Below are positions 51,991 to 64,000 of a stretch of DNA of 64,000 nucleotides, in pieces. The notes beneath the pieces were generated by a model that ran no database searches, was not told the DNA's origin, and saw only the letters and a list, made by a program, of their open reading frames with translations. Position 1 is the first letter of the stretch; the number at the start of each line of letters is the position of its first letter. The stretch is taken from NCBI GenBank assembly GCA_010093605.1, contig MU004187.1, positions 1,788,882 to 1,852,881 on the forward strand. Direction: 5' to 3'. Origin of the DNA: Lophium mytilinum (taxonomy: Eukaryota). The position numbers and the translations under genes were made by a program.

Positions 51991-52934
51991 ATCTGACAAC
52001 ATCCCCGGAAGAAACAGCTTGGGGAAACGTGATGACTATGTGAATGGGAAACACGATGAAACGAGAATCTCACGACCTGGTAGCTCCGCATATCAAAGGG
52101 AAGGACCGCAAAGCAGATCAGGGGGGCCAAAAGTCATTCATCTGGAGAGAAAGGTAAATCACTGGGACTAGTGGTGGACTTAGGGGCGTCGGCATTGAAA
52201 ACCATGGGGGCTCGAATTACTCTGTCTTGCTTCTTTTCCTTTCGGTCTTTTTTTCTTCCTGTTGTCGTGCATGGCACCGTGCGTCTTCATTTCAGCATTT
52301 CGACGGGGTCGACGGTTTCCTACATCTCATTTCGCCTTTTTATCACTCGTGCCTAGTGCAATTGAGTGCCCAAGCGGGCCTTGTTTGGTTTTATTTCCAT
52401 TTCCCTTTTCTCCATTTCCATCCACCAAACCTCGTTGTTTTCTTGCTTCGGCTTGTACTTCTCTTTTCGTTCTCCTGCATGGAATTCCCGGTTACCTGAA
52501 GTTCTCTTCACATACCCATGTAGTATAGTAGTATGGTACCCGATTTCCAAACGCATTCGACCCGCAGGCTACCTTTTATTTGACGAGACTGTTGAGTATT
52601 TGAAGAGCCCTTCCGCACGCAAGAAGGTGGCGACCGCCATCTCCACAGCCATGAGAAATACCCTGGACGATGCCGAAGACGATGAGAGTTCTACCAACAT
52701 CAGCAAGGAGCGCTTCATAATAAATCTCCCTTGGAGAATACTAATAAGTCCAAAATCCAGTCTACTTCCCTTATCCTTACGGCCGCACCGCGCCACGTAC
52801 TGACCCATACAGCCAGTTTCTTACACGGTCCAACTTGTGGTGTCTCATTCATCGTCCCTAACTGGAATCGGTATGCTCAGAATACCACCTACCTTTTATT
52901 GCCTAATAGGCGGTGCGGCCCAGGCGTTCGAGAC

Positions 52935-54210
52935 CTCCGCGTCTACCAAAAACAACCTACATGGTTGGAAATGTGAATCTTTGTAAATGAAGAAGGCAAG
53001 AGGTTCCCCGACCACCTCCTCTGAACCTTATACCACAGGCTCGATTTAGGGGGTTTCAGAAAACAGCTAGAACAGCCCTCTGCGTCTACCAAAACTCGAC
53101 TTACACGGTTAAAAATGTGACTCTTTGTAACTAGACAAGGCAGGATCTCTGCCAACGCACCCTAGGGACCTTTTCTAGGCCTAGTTCTGTGGACTCAATT
53201 TAGAGGGTCGCGGAAAAATGGTTATAATGACCCTCTGCGTCTACCAAAAAGTCGATTATACGCGGTTAGAAATGTAACTATTTGTACAGTACTAGGTCTC
53301 CCATACGTGTACATCCCTAAGTAAATTTGCGGTAAAGCTCGCCTTCATCACTATCCTATCACGCAACACAGCTTATTACTAGATAAGCCTTACTTAGATA
53401 GAGTTCCAGGCACTTTCTTCCTCTTCCTAGCTAAAATTGAAGGAATTAGGAAGATGAAAAATAAATTACTTTGGGTGACGCTCCGTGGACACGGAGGGTC
53501 CCTACTCTATTGGAACCACAACGCAATAGAATAGCAAGATTCTAAAGAGTGAAAAGGCTTCTTACTAGATAGAACTTAGCATGTTTAGAGACTTATCCAT
53601 TATTCTTAGTTATTGCGTTGTAGTGATCGCTTAGAACTTGTATGGTTTTGGTATGATCTTGGTGTGATCTAGGGTGTGTACACGTATGGGTGACCTCTCA
53701 CTGTAACTAGACGAAGCAGGATCTCCACCAACGCACCCTAGCGACCTTTCCTGAGCCTGATCCTGTGGGCTCGATTTAGAGGGTCGCGGAAAAATGGTTT
53801 AAAAATTGCTGCTAAACGTGCACGCCGCGTGGCCCTCTGCGCCTATGCAAGAAATGAATGTATGCGGTTAGAAATGTAACTCTTTGTAACTAGAGGACGC
53901 AGGATCTCTACTAACGCACCCCAGCGACCTTTTCTAAACCTTATGCCACGAGCTCCGACTTAGAGGGTTGTGCAAACAGTTGGAAAAGTGACTATAATAT
54001 TTGCACGCTGCGTACCCACTTTGCGTTTCCTCAGCGTCCGCCAAAATGGACTTGCGCGGTTAGAAATGTGACTTTTTGTAACTAGAGGAGGCAAACCCTG
54101 TATAGATGCAAACCCAGCGGCCTTTTCTAGTCCTGATACCGCAAGCTTGATTTAGGGGGTGTCGCAAACGGTTGAAAAAGTGACTACCAAACTAGCACGC
54201 TGCGTATCCT
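52935..54210. repeat. Degenerate tandem array of about five 145-190 bp units
   Basis: Anchor GGTT(A/G)(G/A)AAATGT(G/A)A...TTTGTA recurs at 52963, 53107, 53264, 53866 and 54058, followed by variants of GCAGGATCTC...AACGCACCC...GACCTTTTCT...GATTTAGAGGGT. Confidence 0.92.
53287..53703. mobile_element. Non-autonomous Tc1/mariner-type MITE (417 bp) with TA target-site duplication
   Basis: TIRs CAGTACTAGGTCTCCCATACGTGTACA and (reverse complement) CAGTGAGAGGTCACCCATACGTGTACA match at 23/27. TA at 53285-86 and 53704-05. The empty site TTTGTAACTAGA is present in neighbouring repeat units. No ORF. Confidence 0.9.
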
Positions 54211-55045
54211 AAAAACTATCTTCAAGTCCGCGCTAGGATTAATAGGAACGGATGGGGATATCTTGTGTGCGGTGAACATGATCTTAACAAGCACAGTCTG
54301 TTACTTTGAGTGAAGTAGGACATCAGCACATCTTCATCAGAAAAAATTCGTCTAATTTCTTGAAGCGTGCTATTCACAGCGTGTGAAAGATCCCACCGTA
54401 ACTCTCGCACTTCCTCAATCCAAATCCAGTCAGTTAAAGCCCTCCAATGCTAAGCAAGAGTATCTACAAAGTACCCGTCGACCCATCAACCATGTGAACC
54501 TGCCAGTACAGACGGCTTTTGCCTATTCAGGAAAGGAAAAAAAAAGATTTACATCCACAAAAAGCCTTCGCTAGCCTCTCCAGTAGACGCCCTAATTTTC
54601 CAGCAGGGCTCGAAGGTATAGAGTACTCTGCGCGAGCAAACGGCCAGCGCCATAGAATGCAAACAAAACCAGTTCAACAGCAAAAAAACGAGAGAACAGC
54701 CGCAGCCAATCGCAAACGAAAGGGGGTATAAGAAAGCCAAACCATTTCCAAATTCCAAGATATGGCGCTGAAGTAGAAAAGAAGTCGTGTCCGTAATCCG
54801 AAACATCGATGTCTCAGTTTCCCCAAATTTGCCCCGGTCCTTTTCATTTTCCGAGATCGTAGGTCGAGTTTGAGTTTCGTTGCGATCCACAGGGAAACCA
54901 TGGAACCGCGAAACACGCCGTCACTCCAATTCGTCCATTTCGGCACACCCCTGGTGCCTGTCATTTCACCACGTGACCCATTTCTAACAACACCGCTCTT
55001 AGTTCAAGTTGCAATCATCCTCCAAAAACCTATCAGTGAATTGAT

Positions 55046-56758
55046 TTAGCGCCATAGATCGGCTTTGGAGCCCCTGTGCTCGCGAGATGCGTGGCCGGGC
55101 ACCCAGCTTCCCCGGGCCCCGCCAGCGCTCATACTCCCTGCGGTCCGCGGCCGCTCGTCGTCTGCAGGCACGGCCAGGAAACCGCCGAAGCCGTTGCCAA
55201 CGACCACGCTCTTTCTTGCTTCGCCGCCCCAGTGCGCGCCGAGCCCTTTGCTGGCAGTGTAGGCGCTGAGTGGACGGCCGCCGGACATCGAGCCACGCCT
55301 GCCAGGCCCTTCAGAGGGCATGACAGAAGTGTAGACCCACTCAAGCTCATCGAGGCCCTTGGAGAAGACTTCGAGCTGCTGGTGGAAGCCACGGGGCGCG
55401 TGCTGGGGAGAGTCTGCAAATGGGACGATGGGTGGCGCGAGGGTAAGCGATTCGGGGAAATCTGGGTCGCGGACGTATAATTCTCGGAGTGCCGGTAGGG
55501 AGTTCGACATGAGTGAGTTGGTAAGGTAATTGTAGTAGGAGAGGGCGGGTGGGTAGAGCGAGTGTTGATTCGAGGACACTGAGGTGATCTCGAAGTGCAG
55601 ATTCCTCAGGCTGATTGATTGGAGCGGCGGAATAGGCTCCATCGGGAGTGAATTTGTGACTTGAGCGATGATGCTAAGCTCCACCAGGTGTGAGGCAGCC
55701 CATAGGACAGAATGAAGTGTTGAGACCGGGATGCCAGCGCACTCCTTCAACTTTAGAATCTTAAGAGATTCACGCGTGTCGGGACGGGCCAGATATTGGA
55801 CAAGCCCCTCAGCAGTGATTTCTGGAACCCTACTCAGGGTAAGGGTGTGCAAGGCTGGAAATTCCGGGATCATTTGGTTGGACTGGAAGATCGAGCCCTG
55901 CAACCAGGGCATGTCGGACATTGAGAGATTGCGAATGACCGGGAGAGAGGCCAAGACCTGGCGGAGGATGGTGGGCTCGACCCGCAACTTGGATATCTCT
56001 AGAATTTGGAGGTCTTGCCAGTGCCGCTGTAGCAGAAGCTCCAGGGACTGCTCTGCTCCGGCCTCATATTTCATCTTCCGGATGTGCGGGCACCGAACTT
56101 GGAGCTCCTGCCTCAACGTATGACACGATGGGTCTCCCGTGAAGAAGCCTTCCGGCAGATCGACATAGAGGAGATTTGGGAGGACCGAGACGGTTCGGGC
56201 AAGGTCGGCCTTGCTGGTCTCTCGCGTCATATATGGCAGTTTGAGGAACTGAACTGCACTGGCGCAGTACTGATTGTCCCTTACGGTCCGGCATAGGAGC
56301 TGCAGTCGCGCAGTAGGGGGGTCAACAGCTTCGTTGCGCGACTTGCGCCGCCGCTTCTCGGAGAAGATTTCCTCTAGCTCGCAGTAGTGGACGGCGTCGA
56401 TTCTGATGCTGTGGTAACTGTGATGGGTCAGCAAGGTAGCTCTGAGCACTTGCCAGGGGACTTACAGCAGACCGGACGCGATTGGGTACCATTGGCGGCG
56501 CGTCTTGGAGCAGTTTGCCAGGTCTCGGAGGTCGCAGAGCATGCAGCCATCCGACACGATGGAGCTCTCGCTGGACTCGCAGGTCTCGTCGGTCGAATGC
56601 GGACACACATTCTGGAAGATGAGGCGCAGGACCTTCTCGGGCAGGCGGCTGATGCGGTCGGGGCCGGTGTAGACGGCGGGGAAGAAGTGCTGCTGGTGGA
56701 GGTCCTTGTCTTTGTCGCGGAGCTTGGAGCGCGAGCGGAAGTGCTTCATGAAGCCCAT
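55046..56758 (-). CDS. F-box/LRR protein (exons 56758-56466, 56417-55046)
   Basis: MGFMKHFRSRSK start, F-box ISRLPEKVLRLIFQNV...DLRDLANCSKTRRQW...LL|YHSIRID, followed by LRR-like LxxLxL repeats. Confidence 0.88.
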
Positions 56759-58500
56759 GATGCGGACGAGGGTGCTGGGCGGCGCGGGTCGTGTTAGCTG
56801 CGTACAGGCACAGTGAATGGAAGGGGAAGCATGCAGCTGTGGCAGCTTTGAGGGGTGTGGCAAGCAAGGAGGCTTACCCTTCGCGGCCGTCGCGGGGTGA
56901 AAGCTGCGAGCGCCGAGCCATGCAGAGTGGAGCGGTGGCACCGCGGAGGTAGCGCGGCTGTCTTGTTTCTGGAGCGGAACAAAGAAGAACCTGGGGGTTC
57001 CTTTGACGCCGGCAAGGACAGCGAGTCGGGGGAGATTGCGGGACTGAGACAGGCAGAGACAACGGCGGACAAGGACGCAGCTGTGGTTTAAAGGGGGATT
57101 CACGGGATTCACACGGCCAGCTGGACGGCTCAGGGTGCAACCGGTGCCTGGGTGCACTCCCACGAGGGGCCAGCCAGTGGGGTTGACGGTGAATGTCGGG
57201 GTCGTCAGCAATGTGTGGCCCACGGCTCGCATCTTGTTGGACGGCGTGGAGGCAGTCCAGTCACGTCGCGCTTCACCAGGCACACAGATACAAACACAGT
57301 AGCGGCGGGCCAAGGATGGAGGAGCATTCCGAGCCCGCCGTCACCACAATGAGGGCCGGAGGGGACAAGGTGACAGCGGCGCCAGGGGGTAACAGCCACA
57401 AACGTGCGCCAACCCACCCCGAAACGGGATATTTATAGGATTTCTTTCAACGGCCGATCGGGGTAGCTCTATCTCAACCTCTGCTCTACCTGCGCAGCAC
57501 TCTGCCTCTGTGGATACAAAGGTAGAGTACTCTGCGTCTGGCACCCCGCTGCCAATGTCAGCCGCCGCAGCCAGAGGCGCTGCAGCATCGCTCGGCACGT
57601 TGTGATTGCTGAACGGCGCGTCTCGGGCTGCACAATCTACGCCCCTTGAACCCTGTATTGTGCACCGCCAAAGCGCAGCTCCGACAGGATGCCAGGACTG
57701 CGCTGGCCTCGAGCAGCCAGCCCTCGTCCGGTCCAATGCTACCAGTGCGAGTGCAGGTGACGGTGCTGGTGATGGAGAACAATCAACAGAGGTGCACGAC
57801 GTGGTAAGTGGGACCTCATCAGGACCCCGTGGTTCCGATACCACGAGTCGTTCGCGTGTCTTCCAATCGGCGGCGGACATGTTTCAGAATACTGGGACGT
57901 GCAAAGCATCCACGGTCGATGTCCCTTCCAGTATACGTAAATAGAGGCTTCAACATCTTCCAAAACGAGGCCAGCTGTAGCGCGTCTGGCGGCAGCTCCT
58001 CGCGGCGTCCTGACAACTGTGACCTCGCCAGCCTCTGTATGCATGGCGTGTCTCGAGTGCTGGCCTGCGCGACGCTGATGGCGCGCAGGGCCCAACGGGA
58101 ATTGGCCAAGGAGCAGGCTGTCGATTAGCTCGTCCCGAATGCCTGTAATGAACTTTGCTGGTTAGCTTGCGTCTACGTTCCGTCCCGGCCAAGCTAAGTC
58201 GAGTCCTCACCTCACTTCTTCACCTCTCCTCCATCATCTCGTCCAACCACGGCTTCATCTTGCTTGCCTTTGCCATCACCAACCTCTTTGCTTTGCGTTG
58301 ATTTGCTGGGCTCTGGGCTCCTTCATCCTGTTGACTGCTGCTGTAGCTAGTTCTTCAGCTCATCCAGTCTTGAATTCCCATCCCGTTTCTCCCTCATCCG
58401 TTCCTTCCGTCACAGGACGACACAGCGACATCGATTACAGCTCTCACTATCACCCCTCCCAACAAGCCCTATCTCTTGCCATCCCATATTGCTGGAAACA

Positions 58501-60572
58501 ATGGCCACCTCTTCCCCTCAAGCCCCGAATCTGGATAGATACGTGGTCATACACGTGGCGACTACGACTGATGAGCACGGTGTATATGTTACAAAAGACT
58601 CAGCCGAGGTCATTGAGCTCGGCTGGATACTGCTCGACGCGAAGAGCTGTGAGGAGGTACGTTGAGGTCACCCACGACACCCAGATAACCAGTCTGGTTC
58701 TGACACCACGTCACAGCTCCATCGAGAATCAGTCCTAGTCAAGCCTGTCAACACTCCCATAACCCCCTTGTGCAGTAAGTCGTCAAGCTCCTCACCGCAG
58801 ATAGTGAATTCGTGTCTTTCAAAATAATCCCCAAGGCTAACGTCAAATTTTTCTCAGCGAGCTTGACCACCCTGACTTGGGAGCATGTCCGCAACGCCGG
58901 ATCCTTCCGAGACGCCGTCAACCGCGTTGATCAGTTCGCCCAGGAACATCTGACTCCTAAGAACCTCGAGTTCGCGTTCGTGACGCTGGACTCCTGGGAT
59001 CTCCGAGTTCAGTTGCCCCGAGAGGCCCGCGACAAGGCCGTAGTCTTGCCGCCGTATCTACAGCATTCGCGCACCTTTGACCTACGCACGGAATACCAGC
59101 GCTGGCAAGCTCATCACCCCGAGTCACTTCCTTTCGGTTCGAGCGCTCTGGCCAACATCTGTGCTGCTCTTGAAGTCGAGCCGGTGCAGTCATCGGCGCC
59201 CATCAAACACAACCTGCCTTTCCACCTCCAAGCTCTCGCACCCACCTCACCGAGGCGTGCTATGGAAGAAGCCGTCACGCTTGCCAGAGTTCTCCGAGGT
59301 TTGATCCGCAAGTCCCAACCGGCACAGGACCATCCAGACGTGCTTACCAAGCCAATGGACGCCCGGGCTGATGTCCGCGCCTTTCTCTCGGAGCGAAGCA
59401 AAGTGCTGCACATGAGCGGGTTGCCCCACGACACCACCCAGTCCGAGCTCGAGAGCTGGTTCACCCAGTTTGGCGGCCGTCCTATTGCTTTCTGGACCCT
59501 CCGCACTCCCGACCAGCACAAGCCCACTGGCTCCGGTTTTGCAGTCTTTTCTTCGCATGAAGAGGTATGTTGTTCCTTTTATGTTGCTTCTTCTCCCAGA
59601 TACTACGCCCCTCCGTCCGTGACGTCACGTTTGCTAATCGTTCTGCAGGCTGCCGAAAGTTTGTGCATGAATGGACGTGCCCTCAACGAAAAGGCCATCG
59701 AGGTCTCTCCCTCGTCCAGCCGCGTCCTCGACCGCGCTGCCGATATCCTCACCCCATTCCCGCCCAGCAAGAACCGCCCGCGTCCCGGAGACTGGACCTG
59801 CCCTTCATGCGGCTTCTCCAACTTCCAACGTCGCACCGCGTGCTTCCGTTGCTCCTTTCCGGCCATGTCGGGGGCTCCTCAGGGAGACCCAATGGGTTAC
59901 CCGTACGGATATGGACATCCTTCTATGATGGGCCCTCCTGCTCATCACATGGGTCATGGCCACGGCATGGGACACATGGGTCGTGGTGGCACGTCGGGTG
60001 TCGTTCCATTCCGCGCTGGTGATTGGAAGTGCGGCTCCGACGGCTGCGGATATCACAACTTTGCGAAGAACGTCAGCTGTCTCCGCTGTGGTGCTAGCCG
60101 TACCAACGCCGCGATTCCGGCTGACTCGGGCTTCACTTCTCCTATGGATACTCCTTCGAGCTTTGGTATGGGTCCTCCCTCAATGGCCGGTACTCCTGGC
60201 CCTGGTCCCTTTGCGGCCGCTGGTTTCGGCTCTGGTGCCGGATTCCCTGGCCAGCAATTCGGCGGCCCGCCAAGCACGTACGCTCTGCCTTCGGGTATTG
60301 GAGCTGCTAGCCCCTACCCGCCGATGGGAGGTCAGTACGCACCGAACGGCGGCATGCACGGAGGCACTCCCTTCGACAGCCGTGCTGCCGAAGCGGCTTT
60401 CACCTCTGCTGGCCAAGCGCCTGCTTCTGCCGGGGCTGGTTTCTCCAACGGTGGTTTCAACGATGGAGGTCATAACGATCCTTTCTCCTTCCTCTCGTCC
60501 GGCCTCGGTGGTCTTACGATGAACGACGATCGCCGTAACCCCAATAACCCGGCTAACAAGTCTCCCGCTTAA
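58501..60572 (+). CDS. NRP1: Nrp1/Dri1-like RNA-binding protein: exonuclease-like fold, RRM and two RanBP2 zinc fingers (exons 58501-58656, 58717-58774, 58858-59564, 59649-60572)
   Basis: KVLHMSGLPHDTTQSELESWFTQFGGRPIAFWTL...SGFAVFSSHEE|AAESL RRM; RPGDWTCPSCGFSNFQRRTACFRC and RAGDWKCGSDGCGYHNFAKNVSCLRC fingers. Confidence 0.92.
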
Positions 60573-62575
60573 ATGCATTTATCGGAAGCATTACTTTCGA
60601 GATTTTCACATGTCGGGCCAAGTGATTTCATTGGGCGGTGGACAAAATCTATGAGCGCAGCGATGGAGTGGGTTTAGGGGTCTTTCATTTCTTTGAAGGT
60701 TCGGAGTTTCTTCAAATTGGACAACACACATCTTCGCAAAATCTGCAGGCAAAGGAGCATGGAAACGGAACCGGCGGGGTGGTGCATAGACTGGAGACAA
60801 CAGGCCGGGAGTTTGATACCTCACATTCGGCGGGCGGTGTTTACTGGAGGATCGACATAAAAGCGTGGGAGAAAAGCACAGGTCAGGGTGCTGGGTTTTG
60901 CTCGGGTGGTCTAGTTGGAAGATCTCTCTTTCTGTACTTGTTCCTTCTTGCTGCGATGATCTTTTTCCCTTTCTCATTTCCTCAAATTGGCTCTCCGACT
61001 CCTCTCTTTTTCTCAATCAGCCTGCTTCGGTTCTTGTTTTTCCTCTTTTTGCTTGCACTAGTCTGCAATGCAGCAACATATGGGAAGGCCGTATGGCATA
61101 GCGTTTAGCGGCGGTTCGGTGGACAGGAACCAGGCGGGGCGTAGGTCGGGAAACCAGAGCGGTCGGTCTGCATGGGCTTTTTTGCTTTATATCTGCCTCG
61201 GCGGGGAATGGAATAGGGGCTCTGAGAATATTGGATTGCAGAAACGGAGATGCGGGGCAAACCGGAATCTGGGCTTTGGCTATACAAGGCGGCTGGAGTT
61301 CGTTCTTTCATGGAGCCCCATCGGCCGTACACATGGCTTAGGCTCTTTGTTCTTCAACTCCGTTTCTGCCTCCTGTTTTCCTTTTAATTATGCCCTTCCC
61401 TTCTCCCGTTTTGTTCAATTAAAATAAACAAAAACAATGGACCAGGTGCTCTTCGAGACACCTGCAAACTCTTCTCTATATCTTCTTTTCCCTCTCTTTC
61501 AACCGGAGCCGGTGTGGTAAGATGTTTAGCTGTAGAAATCGGAGGAAAGAAAGCGCGGGCTTAACCCAGCGGAATAAATTTGCATGCCTGTACAACACAC
61601 ACTATTCTACGCTCGATTAATGATGCTTAGTACTTCTCGTGATAGTATCTAGAGACACTTCAGCCGTCAAATGGAAGGACAACCCATACTTAAAGTTCTC
61701 CAATCCACGAGATCACACTCACATCTCACCAACACGTGAGGGGATCATAGACAGGTGTCTCGGGCTCTCCAAAATTGTGCAAAAGTTGGCAAGTTCTCGT
61801 GCCCAAGCTCCTAGTTCATGAACCTGCTTGCGTGTTACCTTTATATGTCAATGGTGACAGAGCAATTTTGGGGGCAATTCAAGCTCTTCAGCAATAAACC
61901 ATTAGACATTTCCACCTATGATCTCGTGGGCACAATATCTTGGCTTCTTCTATAGTATGCTTCGTACACCGACTGACACGGCATCTACCTAGCCGAGCCA
62001 ATAAAGTCACTCCTCAATAAGGAAACCTTGGCCCCACTTCAGCTGAACGCCAGGCAGACAAGCCGCCAACCACCAACTTCTCGACACGGGCACAGATGCA
62101 TGCGTCTATCATCAGCCCCCAGATGGCGTTGCCATCTCACCAATCGGGGAAGGGCCTTTTATAAAGCAACCTGAAGCGCGACACCCCTTTAAGAGAATGG
62201 CTGATCGCCTTGGTTTCGCCCAGCTTACCTTCACCGTCTGTCCCACCTCAAAAGACTGGATGCCTCCTCGTTCCAGGCTCATCTACACCTTGTGACCAAC
62301 CCTATTCCTTTCATAACATAAGTTCGTGTGCCAGGACTCTGTGCTAGCGCTTATATCACTCTCCTTGTCTCTCATCAGCCTACTGCGTGAGAACCTTGGG
62401 ACTACTTATGATCGTTAATCGAAGCTGTCTCCAACCATCGTCCTGTCTTCTTACTTTTTGTCGTCCACGAGTCATCTGCTATCATAGTTCTTTCTTGTCA
62501 AGATTCCTCGGTGGGCATCCATCAGGCCCCGGATTGCTCATCAGATTTCAGAGCAGCACAACCTCTGTTTCGAGA

Positions 62576-64000
62576 ATGGCGGTGCCCAGGATAAGATCGC
62601 CAAAGAAGCTTATTGCGTGTTGTGATGGTATGTTGCTATACGGGTTCATGCAACCACTAGCTGATCTTTACAGGGACGTGGATGGTGCGGACCACTACGT
62701 AGTTTAGCATATACCATCTAACATTGAACAGGACAGTGATAAGGGCTGGGTCAAGGGTTCCGTCCTCAACGGTCCCGGCCACTTGCAGACACCGTCAAAT
62801 GTCACTCGGATATGTAGAGCAATTTTACCTGAAGATCGGAACCATCATCCGCAAATCGTCTACTACCAATCCGGAGTCGGAAACGGCAGTACCTACCTGG
62901 AACGTCTCGTTGGAGGGGGCACCGGCGAGGGTATAGGAGAGCACATTCGCGAAGCATATGGCTTCCTTGCAAACAATTACACTCCCGGCGATTCCATCTT
63001 TCTAATAGGGTTTTCTCGAGGGGCCTTCACTGCCCGAAGCATTGGCGGTTTGATTGGGGGTATGGGACTGTTGGAGAAGGCGGGAATGGTAGGCTCTTTT
63101 CTCACATATGTTTTGACAGCACTAACGCTTGTGTGAAGCCTTGGTTCTACCTCATCTTCAAGGACTGGGAGAATGCTGGAGTAAAGGGTTATAAGCCATC
63201 TATATTGCACTCAATACCAGATTTCCACATAGCTGCGCCACCTGAAGATATCAAAGGATATCTTTCGAGCTACAAGAGCGAGCTTCTTAAGGTTTGACGT
63301 CTACTGTTTGACAATGAACTCGTTCTGACTGATGTGTCGTAGCGAGGTCTGACCCGCGACGTAGAGATCCAGGCGATTGGAGTTTGGGACACTGTTGGAG
63401 CTCTGGGAATCCCTACAACGCCTCTGCTCCAGAAGGTCGGCCTCCCGGATTTCTTGCACGAGTACAGATTCCTCGATACCTCACTAGATAATCATGTGAG
63501 AAACGCATTCCACGCCATGGCATTGGATGAACAGCGCGCTTCGTATGCCCCAACCATATGGGAAAAGCCACCGTACTGCACGACAAACATCAAGCAAGTC
63601 TGGTTCCCAGGGGTCCATTCCAATGTGGGCGGTAGCTACGACGATACTGGAATCGCGGACATCACCCTGGCATGGATGATGTCGAATCTAAGGCACTGGA
63701 TTGATTTCAATCCGAACTACATCCGGGAGCAACATTTGCTAAACCAGAAATACAATTCTTCGCAAAAACCCCCTCTCACACGCGGCTGGAGTCTTGGTAA
63801 GATCTACGACTCATGCACGTTTCCAACCTCACTTGGAGGTCGTGAGCCTCGTAAACCGGGAACGTACACTCGCACAAACTACATGACTGGACAGGAGACG
63901 TCCGACCCTTTGGAGGCGACGCATGAGAAAATGCATATTTCAGTTCGCGCTCGATTGCTAATGGAAGGCAAAGGGTACGAAGACGTAGGATCTTATGCAC
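62576..64000 (+). CDS. DUF2235 (Tle1-like) alpha/beta hydrolase, 3'-truncated (exons 62576-62627, 62674-62684, 62732-63088, 63139-63291, 63343->64000)
   Basis: KKLIACCDG|TWM|DSD, PSNVTRI, QIVYYQSGVG, IGFSRGAFTARS nucleophile elbow, IGVWDTVGALGIP, FHAMALDEQR, KQVWFPGVHSNVGG. Confidence 0.93.

Noticed and set aside
52935..54210. CRISPR-like interpretation of the repeat array
   Set aside because: Whole units are homologous and degenerate with no unique spacers, no cas genes, eukaryotic context.
56759..57313. 185-codon in-frame N-terminal extension of the F-box gene
   Set aside because: Composition is UTR-like and GC-rich, so an open frame is plausible by chance; MGFMKHFRSRSK looks like the true start.

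Overview
Eukaryotic, intron-rich, gene-dense DNA from a filamentous ascomycete (GT-AG introns with CTRAC branch points; Dothideomycetes is my best guess, by inference only). About 20 protein-coding genes were reconstructed by hand: a partial WD40 gene, CASTOR/GATS-like ACT protein, a small hydrophilic protein, RCM1, RPS25, a cytochrome b5-like MAPR protein, GTR2, a multi-TM AT-hook protein, ARL3, BNI4-like PP1 regulator, a C2H2 zinc-finger protein, NRDE2/Nrl1, UTP10, a DENN-like protein, a GT25 glycosyltransferase, an RA-PH-like adaptor, an F-box/LRR protein, NRP1-like RRM/RanBP2 protein, a partial DUF2235 hydrolase and two weak orphans. Best non-coding signals: (1) a 417-bp TA-flanked, CAGT-TIR MITE inserted into a degenerate 145-190 bp tandem array at 52.9-54.2 kb, whose sister units preserve the empty site; (2) a long hairpin filling RPS25 intron 2; (3) a codon-biased 19-aa uORF upstream of the CASTOR-like gene, whose protein seems to keep GATOR2-contact residues but lose the arginine-binding Asp; (4) a 139-bp, 76%-identical ungapped repeat at 18.3 and 44.5 kb; (5) a GC-AG intron in the splicing factor NRDE2. 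No tRNA, rRNA, CRISPR array or intact transposase was found. All coordinates and alignments were done by eye.
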